DNA of 64,000 nucleotides, taken from contig OX597836.1 of the NCBI GenBank assembly GCA_951406725.2, positions 43,214,001-43,278,000 of the forward strand, given 5' to 3'. Shown in pieces: positions 12,121-24,289 of the stretch (within the stretch, counting starts at the first letter, position 1; every line of letters starts with the position of its first letter). The position numbers and the translations under genes are program-made. Origin of the DNA: Octopus vulgaris. Its lineage: Eukaryota. The notes below the pieces were generated by a model. The model searched no databases, was not told the origin of the DNA, and saw only the letters and a list, made by a program, of their open reading frames with translations.

Positions 12121-12864
12121 ATAGACAATATATAAATATATGTATATATTCATACATATATGTACATACCTACATATATATATATATAATATGTATATAT
12201 ACATGCATATATGGGTACAGGACATAAAAAAGCGTTGAACACAATGAGAAACGTAAACATAAAAACAAAAACATAGAAACGAACTTTTTTCGAACAACGA
12301 AAAAAAAACAAAAAGAGAAACGAGACATGCAACATAAAGAATATTCCCCTTCTTCAGTTGTCCCTGTTTCAACTACTCCACGTTTCGATGGCAAGGACAA
12401 GACGTGACTTCGTAAAGTGTTTTTTTACTGTTTTTACTTTTTTATTGTTTTTACTGTTTTGTTCTCACTGTCCTGTTCTTGTTACCACTTGTTACCACTC
12501 CGCAAAAAATCCCAAATTTTATTTAATTTGCTTTGCGGGAAGGATTGCTTCAACGAAGTTGCGTCTTGTCCTTGCCAGAGGCAGACGAAAATCGTCCGCT
12601 TCCAGTGAGTTTTGCTAAATGCATTTCTACTGCGTTGAGCGTTGTCGATAGCATCTACTGTACTTACAGCCAACCGTATACCTGGAAGAAATTAGTCACC
12701 ACCAATATCGGTAAAAGGTAAATAAACGGCAAACAGCCTTCTGACTGAATAAAAATCCATTATATACATTAGAAGCAGTAATAAATTGAAACAATGACCT
12801 GTGAATTACACTTTATTTAAAGACATCGCGAAAGTCAAATTTACTGTAGTATTTGTCTTGAGCG

Positions 12865-13165
12865 TGGATGCACATGGTCTAGTGGTTGGAGCAGCGGACT
12901 CGCAGTCGAGGGATCCCTGGTTCGAATCTCAGACCGGGCAATGTGTGTGTTTATGAGCGAAACACCTAAGCTCCACGCGACACCAGCAGAAGGTAATGGC
13001 GAACTTCTGCTGACTTTTTCACCACAACTTTCTCTCACTCTTTCCTCCTCCTTCTTGCAGCACACCTGCGACGGACCGGCGTCCCGTCCAGGTGGGGAAC
13101 CTATACGCCAAGGAAACCGGGGCAACCGGCCCTTATGAGCCAGGCGTGGCTCAAGAAGGAACAAA
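12865..13165 (+). mobile_element. tRNA-derived SINE family B, tail variant 2
   Basis: Head TGGTCTAGTGGTTGGAGCAGCGGACTCG..GTTCGAATC. Second copy at 48237-48537 (-). Confidence 0.8.
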
Positions 13166-13397
13166 TAACAAACATTTGTCTTGAGCATTCGTCAGAAATA
13201 TATTTGCTGAAAGACATCCTTAAAGAAACATATTCATAGAAAGTCGAATTTGTCGAAAGATAAATTGATCGAAGACAAGTGTCGAAAAGATGGCGGAATT
13301 TTACAAACAAATAAGTAAATATATATATTAATTCAAATATCTATTCCTCCTTTATGCTAAAATTTGCATATTGTTAAAATATAAAGTAGAATTATAC

Positions 13398-13567
13398 AAG
13401 GCATTGGAGTGTCTGTTTGGTAAGTAGTTCGCTTACAAACTACATGGTTCCGGGTTCAGTCCCACTGCGTGGCACCTTGGGCAAGTGTCTTATATTATAG
13501 CCTCGATCGACCAAAGCCTTGTGCGTGGATTTGGTAGACAGAAACTGAAAGAAGCCCGTCGTATATA

Positions 13568-13615
<48 letters not shown>

Positions 13616-13815
13616 TGTGTTTGTACCCCCAACATCGCTTGACAATCGATGCTGGAGTGTTTACGCCCCCGTAACTTAGCGGTTCGGCAAAAGAGACCGA
13701 TAGAATATGTACTAGGCTTACAAAGAATGAGTTCTGGGGTCGATTTGCTCGACAAAAGGTGGTACTCCAGCATGGCCACAGTCAAATGACTGAAACAAGT
13801 CAAAGAGTAAAAAGA
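13398..13815 (+). mobile_element. SINE family A
   Basis: Full-length match to the family consensus. A rearranged copy follows at 14340-14740. Confidence 0.85.
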
Positions 13816-14390
13816 ATAAGATATAAATCCATAGAGTATGAGGTCTGGTTAAGAGAATTATTTGTGGTGACCATAAAATATAAACAATCACGGCACAAAA
13901 TTGTTAGCGTCCTTCAGAAAGAGATGCCAAATATACAATAATTGTCTGAGGTCGACTGCTTCAAGTATTGCTGCTCTTTGAATTGTATTGTTCATGTTAG
14001 AAAGAGTTGTTGCTCATACTGGTACTCCGTCGGTTACGACGATGAGTGTTTCAGTTGATCCGATTAACGGAACTGCCTGTTTGTGAAAGTATTCCACAGA
14101 CACGCGTGTCCTTAACGTTTAACTCGGGGAAATTCGGCATAACATAGAATGTGACAAAGCTGTCCCTTTGAAATACAGGTGCTAATCATTTTTGCCAGCT
14201 GAGTGGACTGGAGCAACGTGAAATAAAAATGTCTTGTTCAAGGACTCAACGCGCCATCGGGAATTGAACTCACGACCTTACGACTGTAAGCCGAACACTT
14301 TAACTACTAAGCCACATGCCTTCACTTAGTTATTACTAGTGTAATAACATCGGTTGTCAAGCGATGGTAGGAGGAAAAATACAGACACAC

Positions 14391-14421
<31 letters not shown>

Positions 14422-14846
14422 CATGGTTCCGGGTTCCGGGTTCAGTCCCACTGCGTGGCATCTTAGGCAAGTGTCTTCTACTATAGCCTCGAGCCAACCA
14501 AAGCCTTGTGAGTGGATTTGGTAGACGGAAACTGAAATAAGCCCGTCGTATATATATATATGTGTGTGTGTTTGTGTGTCTGTGTTTGTCCCCCTAGCAT
14601 TGTTTGACAACCGATGCTGGTGTGTTTACGTCCCCGTCACTTAGCAGTTCGGCAAAAGAGACCGATAGAATAAGTACTGGACTTACAAAGAATAAGTCCC
14701 GGGGTCGATTTGCTCGAAACAAGTAAAAGAGTAAAAGAGTATATATATATAGAAAGTTTGGAGATGATGTACAGGTATGTTATATTAGAAGAAATGAGGC
14801 ACTCAGAAATTCGGAAGGTTTTATATTTACAGATATTTATTTGTAT

Positions 14847-15018
14847 ATTACATGTTTTTATACATCATATAACTTATATCATATATCATATATCAGCGCT
14901 TTCGTCCATTCTGGTGGATTTTTCAAATGGAATTCCATTTGAAAAGTCCACCAGAATGGACGAAAGCGCTGATATATGATATATGATATAAGTTATATGA
15001 TGTATAAAAACATGTAAT
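14847..15018. repeat. Near-perfect 172-bp palindrome with no spacer, containing a hammerhead-like motif
   Basis: 86-bp arms centred on GGAA|TTCC with one mismatch. Each arm reads (T/TT)TGAAAA-RTCCA(CCAGAA)TGGAC-GAAA-GCGC-TG outward from the centre. Confidence 0.9.
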
Positions 15019-15033
15019 CATCATGCAATAACG

Positions 15034-15054
15034 ATGATGATGACGATGACGTTA

Positions 15055-15096
<42 letters not shown>

Positions 15097-15216
15097 GTGA
15101 TGGTGGTGATGATGATGATGATGATGACGATGACGATGACGATGATGATGATGATGATGATGATGGTGATGGTGATGAGGACGACGACGATGATGATGAT
15201 GATGATGATGATGATG
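15034..15216. repeat. (GAT)n trinucleotide repeat
   Basis: Direct reading. A second tract lies at 59795-60060. Confidence 0.95.
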
Positions 15217-15297
15217 ACACTGCTGTTTCTTATATTATTTCTTTCTTTCTTCACCTTTCCTTTCTCAATCTAAGTGTATAATCACTCTGTCTCTCTG

Positions 15298-15374
<77 letters not shown>

Positions 15375-15505
15375 CACCATGTAGAGGAGTACTGAATAAT
15401 TTCGCATAATTGCATTTAACGTACAGGTGTTATGTGTTCCTATATGAATGATTACATCACACTGGCGTGACAGACATTAACCGGAAACTACACTCCCTCC
15501 CTCCC

Positions 15506-15597
<92 letters not shown>

Positions 15598-15874
15598 TGC
15601 TTGTGTGTGTTTGCAGATAGCTGTAGATATAGATAAACATTTGTACGTGTGTATATATATATATATTTACATATATACATGGCCGCAGCCTTCGGGCTGA
15701 AACATTTTTAAGGATTAAAGGATTAAAGGATTATATGTGTGTGTATGTGTGTGTATGTATGTATATGATCTTTTATTTGTTCCAGCTAAATGATTGTTGT
15801 CATGCTGGAGCACCACCATGATACCCATATACACACACATACACACAGAAACACATACATACATATATAGAAAT

Positions 15875-15909
<35 letters not shown>

Positions 15910-15944
15910 GAATGTGTGCGTATGTGTGTGTATATATGTGTGCA

Positions 15945-15983
<39 letters not shown>

Positions 15984-16219
15984 TCGAGTGCATTCCTACA
16001 GGTGCACGTGTGGATGGAAATGCATATGTGCTTGTGTGTGTGCGCGTTTGTGTGTGTGTGTGTGTGCGTGTGTTTCTGCGCGTATGCGAGTGTGTATGTG
16101 TGTGAGTGTGTATGTTTGTGTGTGTGTGCGCGCGCGTGTGTGTGAGTGTGTGTGTGTGTGTGGGTTTCTACGCATACGTGAGTGTGTATATGTGTGTGTG
16201 TTTGTGTGTGTCAGTCTGT

Positions 16220-16392
16220 GTGTGTGTGTGCGCGAGCGTGTGTGTGTGCGCGAGCGTGTGTGTGTGCGCGAGCGTGTGTGTGTGCGCGAGCGTGTGTGTG
16301 TGCGCGAGCGTGTGTGTGTGCGCGAGCGGCGTGTGTATGTGCGCGAGCGTTTGTGTGTGCGCGAGCGTGTGTGTGTGCGCGAGCGTGTGTGT
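16220..16392. repeat. 18-bp minisatellite (GCGCGAGCGTGTGTGTGT)n within a (TG)n field
   Basis: About nine tandem units immediately upstream of the gene 2 promoter. Confidence 0.9.
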
Positions 16393-16489
16393 TTCTGCGC
16401 TTATGCGCGTGTGTGTGTATATGTGTATATGTGTATGTCTGAGTGTGTGTGTTTATGTGTGTGTGTGTGTGAGTGTGTGTGTGTCGCTC

Positions 16490-16738
16490 ACAACGCTGTA
16501 TTCCCAAAATTCGAGCAACTTTGACCAAAAAACAACAAAAATTCTTTAAATAAATCCTGCCCGTTTTCGAGTGGCTACTTGATGCGAAAGTCCAAACAAC
16601 TTTGCCACTACACATATTTTTAGTCAATGAGTGGATGAGGTGCTGGTTGTAACAGTAAAGATAATACTGGACAGACCAGTAAAACAACGCCGGAACATAA
16701 CTGTATATATATTGGTCGGGTTCCTCTCTTTAGCCATC
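16490..16738 (+). promoter_or_regulatory. Promoter of gene 2
   Basis: GTATATATA at 16703-16711, Inr-like TCATTC at 16737, and ordered blocks shared with the gene 1 promoter. Confidence 0.7.
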
Positions 16739-16769
16739 ATTCACTGATCGCTTGACCAACTGCCGAGAG
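16739..16769 (+). other. Predicted non-coding first exon of gene 2
   Basis: 31 nt ending GAG|GTAAGA. Homologous to 8015-8045(-). The matching acceptor is TTTTCAG| at 19126. Confidence 0.75.
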
Positions 16770-17268
16770 GTAAGACTTAAGATATTCTAGAATATCTTTC
16801 ATTTTTCATTTGCTACATTTTTACAATCACCTGCCCTGAAGACTTTAGTCTAGTGGTTCTGAACTGGGGTCCATATGGCCCCTGCAGTTCCATATAAGAT
16901 CTTTTGGGGTCCACGCAACAAAATAGTAAAATCGGGGATCCTTAATAGTATTTTGCTCTAGATGTATGTATTGGTATGTATTGCAAGAAATAGCTAGGTT
17001 TCTTTCTCGAACACTTTACATTGTTCAACCTACACAAGGTAATGTGTGAAAAACAAAATAAGAATTTTGAAAGAAGTTTCTACAAAACTAGTTTTTAAAC
17101 ATCAAATGGCTACGGGGTCCACTAGCGGGGTTCACCCCCACCCACCGGAGCCTCGTAGAGCTTAGGTGTTTTTGATGTAAATAATAATAATTATTATTAT
17201 TATTGCTCACAAGCCTCTACAAGTCGGGCAATGGGATCGAATGTTCCACTTAAGAAATTTATAGAGAA

Positions 17269-17720
17269 CTAGCAGTATTGCCCGGCGTTGTTCGGGTTTG
17301 TTTCGACCCTTTAGAATTCGAATTTTTGAAAAGTAAAAACTTTGCATTATGTAGCTTGATATTCTTTTTACGTGAACATTTTCGGTTGAAATACACCGAA
17401 AAATGGCGACACAGCAGTCAAAAAATCGTAAAAAATAGGGATTTTCATAGAAAAAAAGCACCTTTTTGATGAAAATAATTTTTGGTGTTAACATGGTCCG
17501 ATTTGAAGTTTTTCTTCTGCGGAAGGAAGAGCAAGCCTTCTATCATACATCAAAAAGGTGCGTTTTTTCTATGAAAATCCCTATTTTTTACGATTTTTTG
17601 ACTGCTGTGTCGCCATTTTTCGGTGTATTTCAACCAGAAAAATGTTCACTTAAAGAGAATAACAAGCTACATAATGCAACATTTTTACTTTTCAAAAATT
17701 CCAATTCTAAAAGGGTCGAA
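17269..17720 (-). mobile_element. Helitron 3' end fused to a ~170-bp-arm inverted repeat
   Basis: A|CTAGCAGTATTGCCCGGCGTTG is the reverse of the H1 3' terminus. 17302-17471 pairs with 17548-17720. Confidence 0.65.
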
Positions 17721-18066
17721 AAGAAATTTACACACACTCTGACTCTCGACAAGAAGTACGTAGTAAATATAGACAGCACAAACACATAGATGTATGCATA
17801 CTACACACACTCACAGACACACGTACCTCTCGAGATTTTTGCTCACTGTTCCAGGGCTCCTACAATTATTGGTACTACTGCTACCTTTTTCATCGACCAC
17901 AACTGCTTAACTTCCCAAGCTAACCTGTCATATCTCTCGACTTTCCTTTCTTCCTTATCGCATGCCTTGTTGTCAACTGGACATGGCTAAAATCTATGAT
18001 TCAACATAGTCTGCTTTCTTTCTCAATTAAGACTATGTCCGGCTTCCTATTCTCAATCTCATGGTC

Positions 18067-18423
18067 TTATTATTATTATTATTATTGAGTGAGAGAGCAG
18101 TTCATGCCATCAAAGTGACACTGGGGTAAAATATACGAAGCCCAGTATACCCACCATGACTACTCGTCTGATAAGGGTACACCAGGCGCATGCATCACAA
18201 CCATATGTGCGCGACATGGTGATCTCATATCAAGATAAACAGCGCATGACCTTGCAGGTGAGGCCCAGTTAGAAATTTTTTCAGGTTGAGTAGCCCATCC
18301 CGCTCAAAAGGTCCCTGAATAAGGGTTGTTTAAGGATGTTGAAAGAACCACCCATGTTTCCAGAGGTGAATTATTCAAACCCCAAAGAATCCCTCTCAAC
18401 ACATGGCTATGATGCTCCCCCAC

Positions 18424-18508
<85 letters not shown>

Positions 18509-18510
18509 CA
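18067..18510 (-). mobile_element. ~340-bp retroposon-like insert embedded in a (TAA)n microsatellite
   Basis: Complex sequence 18087-18424 flanked on both sides by (TTA)n. Confidence 0.5.
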
Positions 18511-18974
18511 CTATTAAATGCCACAGAGGTCGACTTTGCCTTTCATCCTTTCGGGGTCGATAAATTAAGTAGCATTTGAGTACTGGGGTCGATGTAATCG
18601 ACTTAACCCCTCTCCCAAAAAGTCAGTCCTTGTGCCTTTCGTAGAAAGGTTTACTATTATTTATTTACGGGAAGCGTTTTGAATATACAAATAAAGCCCC
18701 TACTTCATTATGCCGGCTACACTCTAATGATACTGAGTGCTGAACCAGTTTTTTGGGTTGCACCGAAGTGTACCGATATAATGTAGGATAAATCTAGTAA
18801 TAATATGGCTGGTTGTTGACAAATTTTCCCGTTTTCTAAGGGTAATTTACCCAATGTTTCTGTTGTTCTAACGGCGTTTCTGCGTTTGAAAACAAATTAT
18901 CATCTCATTTTTATCTTACAATACATATTTCAACACTTATAAAAAACAAATGTTAGTTCGTTTATACACATACG

Positions 18975-19056
<82 letters not shown>

Positions 19057-19154
19057 TATACATATAGTTGTATCTCTAAATATCTTTTAAACACCATAAT
19101 TAATCATTCTTTTCCCTTATTTTCAGATCTCCACATCCTCTATAAACTGCCATC

Positions 19155-19973
19155 ATGAACATGTCCATTCTTGCCCTGGCTGTTTTCGCCTCCGTATTCC
19201 TTTTGGTAAACAGTTCAGTTTTACCCCACGGTGAACACTATGGTGAACACTATGGAAAAGAAGGCCACGATGAAGCCCACCATGGTGTAGCTTCTGCTGA
19301 ACACGTAGCAAACAACGCCTACGCTGAGCACGGTGAACACGGTGTGAAAGCCGCCTACGACGTCGGTTTCCGCAACCATGAACACGATCACGTGGACAAC
19401 TATGGACACCATGAACACGACGAGGACCACGACAAACACAAGGACGACATGTTGGAAAAATATGGAAACTTTGTTGCTCATGCTGGCCACAACGCATACG
19501 GCGGTGAACACAGTGCTGTAGCTGGGCACGCTGCTGCGTACGGTGCTGAAGGTGGACATGGCGCATATGCTGGTCCCGGTTATGATGGACATGTAGGTTA
19601 CGGAGGTTTTGGCGGATACGGCTTCGCTGGTCGTGGTGCTCTAGCAGGTGGCCTTGTTGGTCACGGTGGTGTTGTTGGTCACGGTGGTGTTGTTGGTCAC
19701 GGTGGTCTTGTTGGTCACGGTGGTGTTGTTGGTCACGGTGGTCTTGTTGGTCACGGTGGTCTTGTTGGTCACGGTGGTGTTGTTGGTCACGGTGGTCTTG
19801 CTGGACACGGTGGATACGGCTATGGCGGTTTAGGTTATGGTGGATACGGTTATGGTGGAGCTGGCTATGATGGACACGCTCTTGCAGGACACGGTTTTGG
19901 TGGACCTGGTTTTGATGGACATGGTTTCGCTGGATATGGTTATGCTGGTCTTGGTGGACATGGCCATTATTAA
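19155..19973 (+). CDS. Secreted histidine/glycine-rich structural protein 2 (histidine-rich beak protein-like), 272 aa
   Basis: Same protein as gene 1 except two substitutions (A>V, G>A) and two extra hexapeptide repeats (9 vs 7). Acceptor AG at 19125-19126, AATAAA at 20053-20058. Confidence 0.92.
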   Translation: MNMSILALAVFASVFLLVNSSVLPHGEHYGEHYGKEGHDEAHHGVASAEHVANNAYAEHGEHGVKAAYDVGFRNHEHDHVDNYGHHEHDEDHDKHKDDMLEKYGNFVAHAGHNAYGGEHSAVAGHAAAYGAEGGHGAYAGPGYDGHVGYGGFGGYGFAGRGALAGGLVGHGGVVGHGGVVGHGGLVGHGGVVGHGGLVGHGGLVGHGGVVGHGGLAGHGGYGYGGLGYGGYGYGGAGYDGHALAGHGFGGPGFDGHGFAGYGYAGLGGHGHY

Positions 19974-20600
19974 ACAGGACTTTAAAAAAAATGAGAACTC
20001 CCTAATTCTGAAAATACTAATAATTAATACAATTTGTTGCTGTTTGTAATTAAATAAACATAAAATTACTGTCAATGTTGCTGGCAATTATTTCTTGTCT
20101 TTTTTCTTTTTTTTTTTTCTTTTTCTATATATCATGTTTTCCTATTATTACAATTTTATATTTGGTACTATTGACGCATGTAAATTAAAACCACTTTTCT
20201 TCTTCAACAACATCCAACAAATATACTGGAATCACCATAATTTGGTTGATGCAAGATGAATCTTATGGTTTGGGGCAATGTTCCTTCTGGAATGCCTGAA
20301 GAAAAGTAGCGTCAGAAAGTGTAAGAGAGAAAGAGGGAAAAGATAAGGAAGGAACGTTATTTTGCAGTGTTAAAAGAAAATGCAACCCTGCAGTAAATTA
20401 AAATTGTCTGTATCTGAGATCTTCAACAGCAAAGATTGTTTGAAAAATCACATTTTGAGAAAAATATATATAAATTAGAATTTTGAAGAATTTTCTAGAC
20501 AATGTAGGCTTTAATAATTGCTTACCTTTAGTAATAGTCGCATACTACAAACCAATTAATAAGCTGTTTTCATTATTATAGTATAGATGCTTACTTTGTT

Positions 20601-20882
20601 GTGTCTGGGGAGAGTCATTTTCTTTTTGTGCCCTATAATGTAACACACTCACCGGTAAAATTTCCACTTATTTCTTATTTTTACTTTCCTAAAATTTTCG
20701 TTGCGAATTTCGTCTTGCAACCTTTTCAAGTCTTGAGACTATTGAAAAGGTTGCAAGATGCAACGAAAAGTTTAGGAAACTAAAAATAAGGCACAAAAAG
20801 AAAATGACTCTCCCCATACACAACAGAATATGCTTCAACACACGAACTCGCATAAAGAATCTTGCAAACCAAATGCAAAAAC
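20601..20882. mobile_element. Palindromic Penelope-like insertion with a 17-bp target-site duplication
   Basis: TAGATG(C/T)TTACTTTGTT at 20584-20600 and 20883-20899. Inverted arms GGGGAGAGTCATTTTCTTTTTGTGCC. Related sequences at 47840-47980, 54444-54640 and 57015-57255. Confidence 0.7.
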
Positions 20883-21211
20883 TAGATGTTTACTTTGTTA
20901 CTTGTTTTATTTAGAATTACAAGCTTACAGACTTTTTATGTCTGGAGACGCTCCAATATAGATTCTGAATGTAAATGTTTCGTGAGTCCTTAGTGGCGTT
21001 TAAAGACTACTTCTCAGATAATTCATTGAAACGATAATTCATTGGAAGACATGTGTCTTCCCCCTAGATATGATACTATGAGCATAAATCTGGTGCTTGT
21101 TTGTGACAGTAAGTAAGCCGAATACATACAGAATAGAATCTGCACTAAAATCCAGTAATACGCCGATAGTAGAGTTCAATTCCTAACTTAGGACTCCAGA
21201 TAAATGCCTGT

Positions 21212-21599
21212 GGATGGAAGCACTCCGTCGGTTACGACGACGAGGGTTCCGGTTGATCCGAATCAACGGAACAGCCTGCTCGTGAAATTAACGTGTAAGT
21301 GGCTGAGCATCCACAGACACGTGTACCCTTAACGTAGTTCTCGGGGATATTCAGCGTGACACAGAGAGTGACAAGGCCGGCCCTTTGAAATACAGGTACA
21401 ACAGAAACAGGAAATAAGAGTGAGAGAAAGTTGTGGTGAAAGAGTACAGCAGGGATCACCACCATCCCCTGCCGGAGCCTCGTGGAGCTTTAGGCGTTTT
21501 TCGCTCAATAAACACTCACAACGCCCGGTCTGGGAATCGAAACCGTGATCCTACGACTGTGAGTCCGCTGCCCTAACCACTGGGCCATTGCGCCTCCAC
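21212..21599 (-). mobile_element. SINE family B, tail variant 1, with 12-bp TSD
   Basis: TSD ATAAATGCCTGT at 21200-21211 and 21600-21611. Head GGAGGCGCAATGGCCCAGTGG. The empty site is visible in the paralogous segment near 56285. Confidence 0.92.
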
Positions 21600-22117
21600 A
21601 TAAATGCCTGTACTATTCAACAAGCCATACTTCTATTTTTACGGTTTATTACTATGAAGAAGTTCTTAACTGATAATGGCCTGATTGATAACGCTGCACC
21701 CAAGTACTTACTTAATAACAGTTCATTGTTGTTAGTGATTTTCTGCTGCATGTATGGCTTGTATTTCATTTTGTGACAGTGCATTTAAAATATTTTGTAA
21801 AAAGTAATTTGAATGATCTGCGATAGACTGTCTCCCGTATCTATGAAGCAAGATAATCTCTGAATACCTTGTCCATTATGCAGAATACTCCAAGAGAGAC
21901 AAACGACTCCCACAAAATGCGCGTTAAAATTATCCTCGACATTAGTTAATTCTTACTGGATGTTGTTCTACTAAAACCAAATTAGAGAGAGAAAAAAAAG
22001 CAATATGTCTGACCATCGAAACCACACTTCATACTATAAATCTGTGAACGTCAATGTGAAGGAAAGTGAGTCCACACAAGGCAGATGTACAGCATATGGA
22101 GAATGTTATTTATGTCA

Positions 22118-22550
22118 CTTTTACTCTTTTACTCTTTTACTTGTTTCAGTCATTTGACTGCGGTCATGCTGGAGCACCGCCTTTAGTCGAGCAAATCGAC
22201 CCCGGGACTTATTCTTTGTAAGCCTAGTACTTATTCTATCGGTTCCTCTTTTGCCGAACTGCTAAGTGACGGGGGCGTAAACATACCAGCATCGGTTGTC
22301 GAGCGATGTGGGAGGGAGAAACAGACACACAAACATATACACACCCACACACACAAACACACACATATATACATATATATATATACGACGGGCTTCTTTC
22401 AGTTTCTGTCAACCAAATCCACTCACAAGGCTCTGGTCGGCCCGAGGCCATAGTAGAAGACACTTGCCCAAGGTGCCATACATTGGGACTGAACCCGGAA
22501 CTATGTGTTTGGTAAGCAAGCTACTTACCACACAGCCACTCCTACGCCTA
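22118..22550 (-). mobile_element. SINE family A
   Basis: Match to the family consensus. Confidence 0.85.
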
Positions 22551-22831
22551 TCTGTCGACTATCTACAAGTCACAGGTCTGCTAGACTAGGAGTGATCTTG
22601 TGATGCAAAACAACAAATCCCAGTGTAGGTAAAAATAAAGAAAACTTCAAATGTATAACTTCATAACGTCTTTGAGTGATTGTAGATATCGTGGAGTATC
22701 GGACTAAACAGCAGTCAGTTATGTCACGTTAATTTTGTTAGTCCAAACCCTACCCTTCATCGTTCCCTCACTCCGGGGGTCTATAGAATAAGTAACAGCC
22801 ATTTACTGAGATAGATTGAATTGATTATAGA

Positions 22832-23257
22832 TAGGAGTGGCTGTGTGGTAAGTAGCTTGCTTACCAAACACATGTTTCCGGGTTCAGTCCCACTGCGTGG
22901 CACCTTGGCCAAGTGTATTCTGCTATAGCCCCGGGCCGACCAAAGCCTTGTGAGTGGATTTGGTAGACGGAAACTGAAAGAAGCCTGTCGTATATATGTA
23001 TATATATATATATATATGTGTGTGTATGTGTGTGTGTTTGAGTGTCTGTGTTTGTCCCCCTAGCATTGCTTGACAACCGATGCTGGTATGTTTACGTCCC
23101 TGTCACTTAGCGGTTCGGCAAAAGTGACCGATGGAATAAGTACTGGGCTTACAAAGAATAAGTCCCGGGGTCGATTTGCTCGTCTAAAGTCGGTGCTCCC
23201 GCATGGCCGCAGTCAAATGACTGAAACAAGTAAAAGAGTAAAAGAGTAAAAAGAGTA
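22832..23257 (+). mobile_element. SINE family A
   Basis: Match to the family consensus with (AGTAAAAG)n tail. Confidence 0.85.
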
Positions 23258-23487
23258 ATCTTCCGCATATCAGATCGAATTCACAGTAGGTTGTGTCTGG
23301 ACAAATTATTTTATTCTTGGTTCCTCAGATTGAGTTCTATCTACCAGTTGAAATGTAAGGAATGGATATGCACAAGAATGTTCAAGAAAATTACGTGCAA
23401 TATAGAGTGGCAGCTTAAATAGATTTAGAAAACCAAAAACATTGAATTTCATTATTCAGAGACGCCAACCTCATAAAAACCAACAGT

Positions 23488-23900
23488 CAGGAGTGGCTGT
23501 GTGGTAAGTAGTTTGCTAACCAACCACATGGTTCCGGGTTCAGTCCCACTGCGTGGCATCTTGGACAAGTGTCTTCTGCTATAGCCCCGGGCCGACCAAT
23601 GCCTTGTGGGTGGATTTGGTAGACGGAAACTGAAAGAAGCCTGTCGTATATATGTATATATATATGTGTGTGTGTGTATGTTTGTGTGTCTGTGTTTGTC
23701 CCCCTAGCATTGCTTGACAACCGATGCTGGTGTGTTTACGTCCCCGTCACTTAGCAGTTCGGCAAAAGAAACCGATAGAATAAGTACTGGGCTTACAAAG
23801 AATAAGTCCCGGGCTCGAGTTGCTCGACTAAAGGCGGTGCTCCAGCATGGCCGCAGTCAAATGACTGAAACAAGTAAAAGAGAGAAAAGAGAGAAAGAGA
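23488..23900 (+). mobile_element. SINE family A
   Basis: Match to the family consensus. Confidence 0.85.
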
Positions 23901-24289
23901 GAGTCAAGTGGTTATAAATCTTTAATTTAATTAATATCAAAAACTAATGGGATGAGGAGAGTAAAACATTTTTAAGTGAGAAATCTAATTCCAACAAGCA
24001 TAGGGGACAACTTCGGAGATGTGCTGGCATTGTGTTAGACCTTTTCAGCAAAGGTTCACCGTACTTGCTGAAGTCAGGATCATGGAATCACTAAGATTAC
24101 AGTGTTGTAAACCGAGTAGGGGTAAAAAATGAATATATTTAGTCAGTCATTTTAAAATCATTAACATTAGTTACTTAGACACTCCATCTGCATGAAATCA
24201 ACAGTTAGTGTACGTGGTTTTATTATTCCAACGCTTAACACTAAATCGGTCAGAATTAAATTTTGGTTTTAAGTATCTCTAAAATATGT

